In this document: positions 57,079-64,000 of the stretch, piece by piece
Layout: each line of letters opens with the position of its first letter
Numbering within the stretch: position 1 is the stretch's first letter
Source: the human T2T-CHM13v2.0 reference genome, Homo sapiens
Assembly: GCF_009914755.1 (NCBI RefSeq)
Contig: NC_060942.1
Direction: 5' to 3' (one strand)
DNA length: 64,000 nt
Notes under the pieces: model-generated
Databases searched by the model: none
What the model saw: the letters and a program-made list of their open reading frames with translations, nothing else
What the model was told of the DNA's origin: nothing
Translations under genes and position numbers: made by a program

Positions 57079-60000
57079 TGAAAATTTTCTAAACAAAATA
57101 ATACAAGCCTTTATGAAGAAGCTTACATAATTTTGAATATCCTCCTTAAAGAAAAAAGTAGATGTAAGTACAAACACAAAATCAAGTTTAAAGTTAAATG
57201 TTTTTAGAATTAGAAAAAGCACAAATTTAAAAATGGTAAAATTGGATTAAGAATCTCATAATTTTTTTAATCTAAAAACTATCTGGCATGCTTTTTTTTC
57301 TATATTTTTCCAAAACCTCTTAAATTTTTGGCTTTTTATTCTTTTACTGCCTCTGCAAATGACAGGCATTTATAACGTTATTTTCTCTCAATAGAAAAGA
57401 ATACCATTAATCTGCCTTTTGTTAATGATGCTTGGAAGGTATAAAATCTATCTTTTCATGCAGCTATACTGTTTTCAGTACTATGTTATATAAAATTCAA
57501 ATAAGTTCTAATTTTCATAATTTCTATAAAAATGTTTCTGTAATTGTGTATGTTACATCACAAGTGAATTTCAGAGAAAAGATAACTTCCGTTATGACTA
57601 GGCTAATGAAAATTGAATGCTTCTCTTCCATTTACCCATCTCACATAAAGAACAAATTTCCATAGTCTAGCTTCTGGCTCCATACATTTCAGACCCCTTT
57701 TCACATCACCCACATATTTCTGATGTCAAATTTATTGCATTTATGTCCTTTAATTTAACACCTGGCCTTGTACCTTCATGTTATGATGCTGTAGGTAAGT
57801 CAATACGATGAGTAGTAATAGCATGGCTGAAATCGATCCCTAGATGTGCTATAATCCAATGGATAAAAGTGACAGTAAAATTCATATATTCTACTAAATC
57901 CTGAATCCAAATATATCACTAATTGAGCCGCCTCCATTAGCCAGAATTTGAAAAATATACTTGTCTACTATAGAAATTACTGTTGGTAGCATGAGTTTTC
58001 CAGAAGTAAGTCAGATGGAAAAAGACAGTGTTGGGAAATATTGTTTCTAAAGTACTGGTCACAAACACTTCTTTAGCAAATTTTACAGAAGCATACCATT
58101 TGAAAAGATGCCTAGGGCCTTTTGCAAGACCAAGGGATAGGTCCATACAAGTGAGGAGCCATTAAGCTCCTCAGTCGCAAGGGTCATTAGTTCCGCAGTA
58201 AATTTTCCTGTGCATGCAAAAAAACAAATGGGATTATTTCAGGAAGAGTAACTCATAAAGATTCTGACATAGAAAGGGGATGCTAAGTTCCAAAGCTAAC
58301 TTCTGCCTCTTTAAAGGAAGAAAACAAAATGTAAACACAACTTAAATTTCAAAACATCTAGTTATTTCTGATCTAAGATGGCGGGTAGGAGGCAGGACTA
58401 GCTTGCAGCTCCCACTCAGACAGAGCAGCATGTGGAGACTCACGTTGTAAACTTTTGCTCCAAGAACTACCACAGAAACATACCAGTAAACTTGAGAGAA
58501 TCCACAGACCCTTCGAAGGAACCGGATCACCACTGTAGGCTCCCTGAGACACCAAAAATCTGTGAATCTGCTTGTTTTCTCAGCGTGCAGGCTGGGGATC
58601 TGTGGCAACTTCTATGCCCTGGTCATTTGCTGCCTGGAAATAGATTCAGTGCTGTTGAAGGGGCACAGTGGGTGTGAGACCAGCCTTTACAACTGCAGGC
58701 TGCATGGCAGCAGAGTGAGGTCTGTGGCTGCCGGCTTTCCTCAACATCGCTGGTGACCTGCATGACATAGCAGAGGCAGCCATAATCCCCCTGGGAATAT
58801 AACTCCATTGGCCTGGGAACCAGACTTCCATCCCACACAACAGCCACAGCAAGCCCTGCCCAAGAAGAGTCTGAGCTCAGACACACCTATCCCTGCCCCT
58901 ACCTGGTGGCCTTTCTCTGCCCACCCTGGTTGCTGAAGATAAAGGGCATATGAGAGTTCTATGGCCCTGCCTACTGCCTGAGAAACCTGAATACTTAACC
59001 AAGCAACCCTAGGGCAAGCCGGCATCCTCCCTATAGTACTGCTGCTGACACACTCTTGAAAGTGCCACCTCCTTGCTGGAGGCCAACCAACACAAACCAA
59101 TGCACTAAACAAAAATACAACAAAGGACCCTCACAGAGTCCACTTCACTCACCTGCTACCTCCACCAGAGCAGGTGCTAGTATGCATGGCTGAAAAACCT
59201 GAAGATGGCTCACATCACAGGACTCTTTGCAGACATTCCCCTGGAGTACCAGCCTGGAGCCTGGTAGCTCTGCTGGGTGGCTAGACCCAGAAGAGCAAAA
59301 ACAATCACTGCATTTCAGCTCTCAGGAAGTCTCATCCCTAGGGAGAGGGAGAGACCACCACATTGAGGGAGCACCCTGTGAGACAAAAGAGTCTAAACAG
59401 CAGCTCCGGAGTCCCAGATCTTCCCTCTGACATAGTATGCCCAAATTTGAATGAACCCCCCCAAAAATTCTGGTAATATGAAAAAACAAGGTTTTTTTTA
59501 ACACTCCCACCCAAAGATTATACCAGCTCACCAGCAATGCATCCAATCCAAGACAAAAATCTCTGAATTGGCAGAAAAATGGTTCGTAATTTCAATTATT
59601 AAGCTAATCAAGGAGACACCAGAGAAAGGGGGAGTCCAACTTAAAGAAATAAAAAGCATGATACAGGATATGAAAGGGAAAATCTTCAGTGAAATACATA
59701 GTATAAATAAAAAACAATCATGACTCTTGGAGATCAAAGACACACTTAGAGAAATGCTAAATGCACTGGGAAGTCTTAGCAATAAAATCAGACAAGCAGA
59801 ATAAAGAACTTCAGAACTTGAAGACAAGGCTTTCGAATAACCCAATCCATCAAAAACAAGAAAAAAATTTAAAAAATTAATGAAGCCTCCAAGAAATTTT
59901 GGGCTATGTTAAGCATCCAAACCCAAGAATAATTGGTGTTCTTAAGGAAGAAAATAAATCTAAAAGTTTAGCAAACATGTTTGAGGTAATAACTGACAAA

Positions 60001-60908
60001 AATTTACCCGGCCTTCTTTGAGATCTAGCCATCTAAATACAAGAAGCTCAAAGAACACCTGGGAAATTAATTGCAGAAAGATCATTGCCTAGGCACATAG
60101 TCATCAGGTTATCTAAAGTCCAGACGTTGGAAAGAATCTTAAGAGCTGTGAGGCAAAAGCATCAGGTAACCTGCAAAAGAAAATCTATCAGAGTGACAGC
60201 AGATTTCTCAGCAGATATCCCACAAGCTAGAAGGGATTGGGGTCCTATCTTTAGTCTCATTAAATAAAACAATTATCAGCCAAGAATTTTGTATCCAGCA
60301 AAACTAAGCTTCAAAAATGAAAGAAAGGTACAGTCTTTTCTAGGCAACTGCTGAGAGAATTCACCACTACCAAGCCAGCACTACAAGAACTGCTAAAAGG
60401 AGCTCTAAATCTTGAAACCATTCCTCAAAGTACACCAAAACAGAACCTCTTTAAGCATAAATCTCAGAGGACCTGTGTAATAATAACACAAAGAAAAATG
60501 GTATTTGGGCAGCAAATAGCACAATGAATAGAATAGTACCTCACCTCTCAATACTAATGTTGAATATAAATGGCCTAAATGCTCCTTTTAAAAGATACAG
60601 AATGGCAGAATGGATAAGAATTCACCAACCAAGTATCTGATGTTTTCAAAGACTCACCTAAAACATAAGGACTCACATAAACTAAAAGTAAAGGGGTGGA
60701 AAAAGATATTCTGTGAAAATAGACACCAAAGAGCAGGAGTAGTTATTCTTACATCAGCCAAAACAAACTTTAAAACAACAGTTAAAAAAGACAAAGAGGG
60801 TCATTTTGTAATAATAATAAAAGGACTAGTCCAACAGGAAAATATCACATTCCTAAATATATATGCACCCAACACTAGAGCTCCCAAACTTGTCAAACAG
60901 TTTCTACT

Positions 60909-63202
60909 TGATATGGTTTGGCTGTGTCCTCAGCCAAATCTCATCCTGAGTTGTAACTCCGATAATTCCCATGTGTTGTGGGAGGGACTTGGTGGGGATA
61001 ATGGAATCATGGCAGCAGTTTCCTCCATACTGTTCTTGTGGTAGTGCATCAGTCTCAAGAGATCTGATGGCTTTATAAGGGGAAACCCCTTCTGCTTGGT
61101 CCTCATTCTGTCTTTGCCTGCCACCATGTAAGATGTGCCTTACCCTTCAGCCATGATTGTGAGACCCCCCCTAGCCATGTGGAACTGTGAGTCCATTAAA
61201 CCTCTTTTCCCTATAAATGACCCAGTCTCAGCTATGTCTTTATTAGCAGCATGAAAACAGACTAATATAGTAAATTGGTACTGGTACAGTAGGGCACCGC
61301 TGTAAAGATACCCGGAAATGTGGAAGCAACTTTGGAACTGGGTAACAGCCAGAGGCTGCGACAGTTTAGAGGAGTCAGAAGAAGATAGGAAAATGTGGAA
61401 AGTTTGGAACTTCCTAGAGACTTGTTGAACGGTTTTGACCAAAATGCTGATTATGATATGAACAATGAAAATCCAGGATGAGGTGGTCTCAGATGGAGAT
61501 GAGGAACTTGTTGGGAACTGGGGTAAAGGTGACTCTTGCTATGTTTTAGCAAAGAGAATGACGGCATTTTGCCCCTCACCTAGAGATTTGTGGGACTTTG
61601 AACTTGAGGAATATGATTTAGGATATCTGGTGGAAAACATTTCTAAGCAGCAAAGCATTCAACAGGTGACTTGGGTGCTGTTAAAAACATTCAGTTTTAA
61701 AGGAGAAACAGCATAAAAGTTCAAAAAATTTGTAGCTTAATGATGCCACAGAAAAGAAAAATCCATTTTTTGAGGAGAAATTCAAGCCTGCTGCAGAAAT
61801 TTGCATAAGTAACAAAAAGCCAAATGTTAATCACCAAGACAATGGGGAAAATGTCTCCACGGTATGTTAGAGACATTTGCGGCAGACCTGCCCATCACAG
61901 TCCCACAGGCCTAGCAGGAAAAAATGTTTTGGTGTGCCAGACTCAGGGCCCCCTGTTGTGTGCAACCTAGGGACTTGGTGCCCTTCGTCCCAGATGCTCT
62001 AGCTATGGCTAACAGGAGCCAAGGTACAGCTAGGGTCGTGGCTTCAGATAATGCCAAGTCTGAAGCCTGGTCAGATTCCACACAGTATTGATCCTGCAGG
62101 TGCACAGAAGTCAAAAATTCAGGTTTGCGAACCTCCACCTAGATTTCAGAAGATGTATGGAAACACCTGGATTTCCAGCCAAAAGTTTGCAGCAGGGGCA
62201 GGGCCCTCATGAAGAACCTCTCCGGGGGCAGTATAGAAGGGAAATGTGGGGTTGGAGCCCCCACACAGAGTCCCTACTGGGACACTGGCTACTGGAGCTG
62301 TGAGAAGAGGGCCACCATCCTTCAGAGACTACAATATTAGATCCACCAACAGCTTGCACCATGCACCTGGAAAAGCCACAGACACTCAATGCCAGTCCGT
62401 GAAAGCAGCTGGGAGGGAGGCTGTACCCTGCAAAGCCACAGGGGCGAAGCTGCCCAAGACCATGAGAATCCACCTCTTGCATCAGTGTGACCTGGATGTG
62501 AGACATGGCATCAAAGGAGATCATTTTGGAGCTTTAAGATTTGACTGCCCCACTGGTTTTCAGACTTACAAGGAGCTTGTAGTCTCTCTGATTTTGGCCA
62601 ATTTCTCCCATTTGGAATGACTGCATTTACCAAATGCCTGTACCCCCATTCTATCTAGGAAGTAACTAACTTGCTTTTTATTTTACAGGCTCATAGGTGT
62701 AAGAGACTTGCTTTGTCTCAGATGAGACTTTGGACTGGACTTTTGAGTTAATGCTGAAATGAGTTAAGAATTTGGGGAACTGTTCAGAAGTCATGATTGG
62801 TTTGAAATGTAAGGATGTGAGATTTGGGAGGGGCCAGGGGCAAATGATATGGTCCGGCTATGTCCCCACTGAAGTCTCATCTTGAATTGTAGGTCCCATA
62901 TTTCCCACATGTGAGAGGGACCCAGTGGGCGATAATTGAATAATGGAGGCAGTTTTCCCCATACTGTTTTCATGGTACTGAATAAGACTCATGACATCTG
63001 ATGGTTCTATAATGGAAAACCCCTTTCACTTGGTCCTCAGTCTCTCTTTGCCTGCTGCCATGTAAGATGTCCCTTGGTCTTCTGCCATGATTGTGAAACC
63101 TCTCAAGCCACGTGGAACTGTGATTCCATTAAACCTTTTTTTCTTTACAAATTACCCAGCCTTGGGTATGTCTTATTAGCAGGATGAAAACATACTAATA
63201 CA
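60909..63202 (+). mobile_element. Full-length THE1 (THE1B-like) MaLR element: LTR 60909-61269, internal region, LTR 62845-63202
   Basis: Both LTRs start TGATATGG and end ACTAATA(T/C)A; ~1.58-kb THE1-int with purine tract before the 3' LTR; L1 ORF2 resumes afterwards. Confidence 0.93.
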
Positions 63203-63587
63203 CTGATAGCCTTAAGTGAGATAGACAGTAACACAGTAACAGTGGGGGATTTCAATACTCCACTGACAGCACTAGACAGGTCATCAAGACAGAAAGTCAA
63301 CAAAGAAACAATGGACTTAAACTATATCCTCCAGAAATGGACTTAACAAATATTTACAGAATATTCTACCCCACAACTGCAGAATATAGATTTTTTTTTC
63401 ATCAGCACATGAAACATTCTCCAAGACTGACCATGTGCTAGGCTACAAAACAAGTTTCAGTAAATTTAAGAAAATTGACATTATATCAAGTAATCTCTCA
63501 GCTCACAGTGGAATAAAATTGGAAATCAACTCCAAAAGGAACCCTCAGAACCACACAAATACATGGAAATTGAATAACCTGCCCCTA

Positions 63588-63935
<348 letters not shown>

Positions 63936-64000
63936 AAATTCCTTGAACTGAATGATAATGGTGACACAATCTATGAAAACCTCTGGGATATGGCAAAACT

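Overview
AT-rich primate (most likely human) intergenic/intronic DNA, dominated by interspersed repeats (Alu, L1, L2, MIR, MaLR/THE1, MLT2, MER57, Tigger2a, MER53). No host protein-coding exon can be supported; the supplied ORFs are repeat-derived or random. The centrepiece is a 5.75-kb two-LTR HERV-H provirus (14071-19818, + strand, LTR7/LTR7Y-like LTRs, perfect tRNA-His PBS, PPT, 5-bp TSD) of the common internally deleted type, inserted into an old L1 ORF2 remnant. Its strong leader splice donor (14649/14650) lies upstream of two well-formed non-repeat cellular exons (21919-22037 and a terminal exon from 38546 with poly(A) signals near 39260-39325), which suggests an LTR-driven chimeric lncRNA of about 25 kb genomic span. 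A leader ATG (14592) is in frame, after splicing, with the Gag PPPY late-domain segment and with the intact Gag CCHC zinc knuckle, so the provirus could make spliced Gag-fragment microproteins although its gag, pro, pol and env are all broken. Also present: a very young AluYa5-lineage insertion, a full THE1 element and an AluS nested in an L1, and several small fold-back/templated duplications. Family assignments come from recognising consensus sequences by eye, not from a database search.
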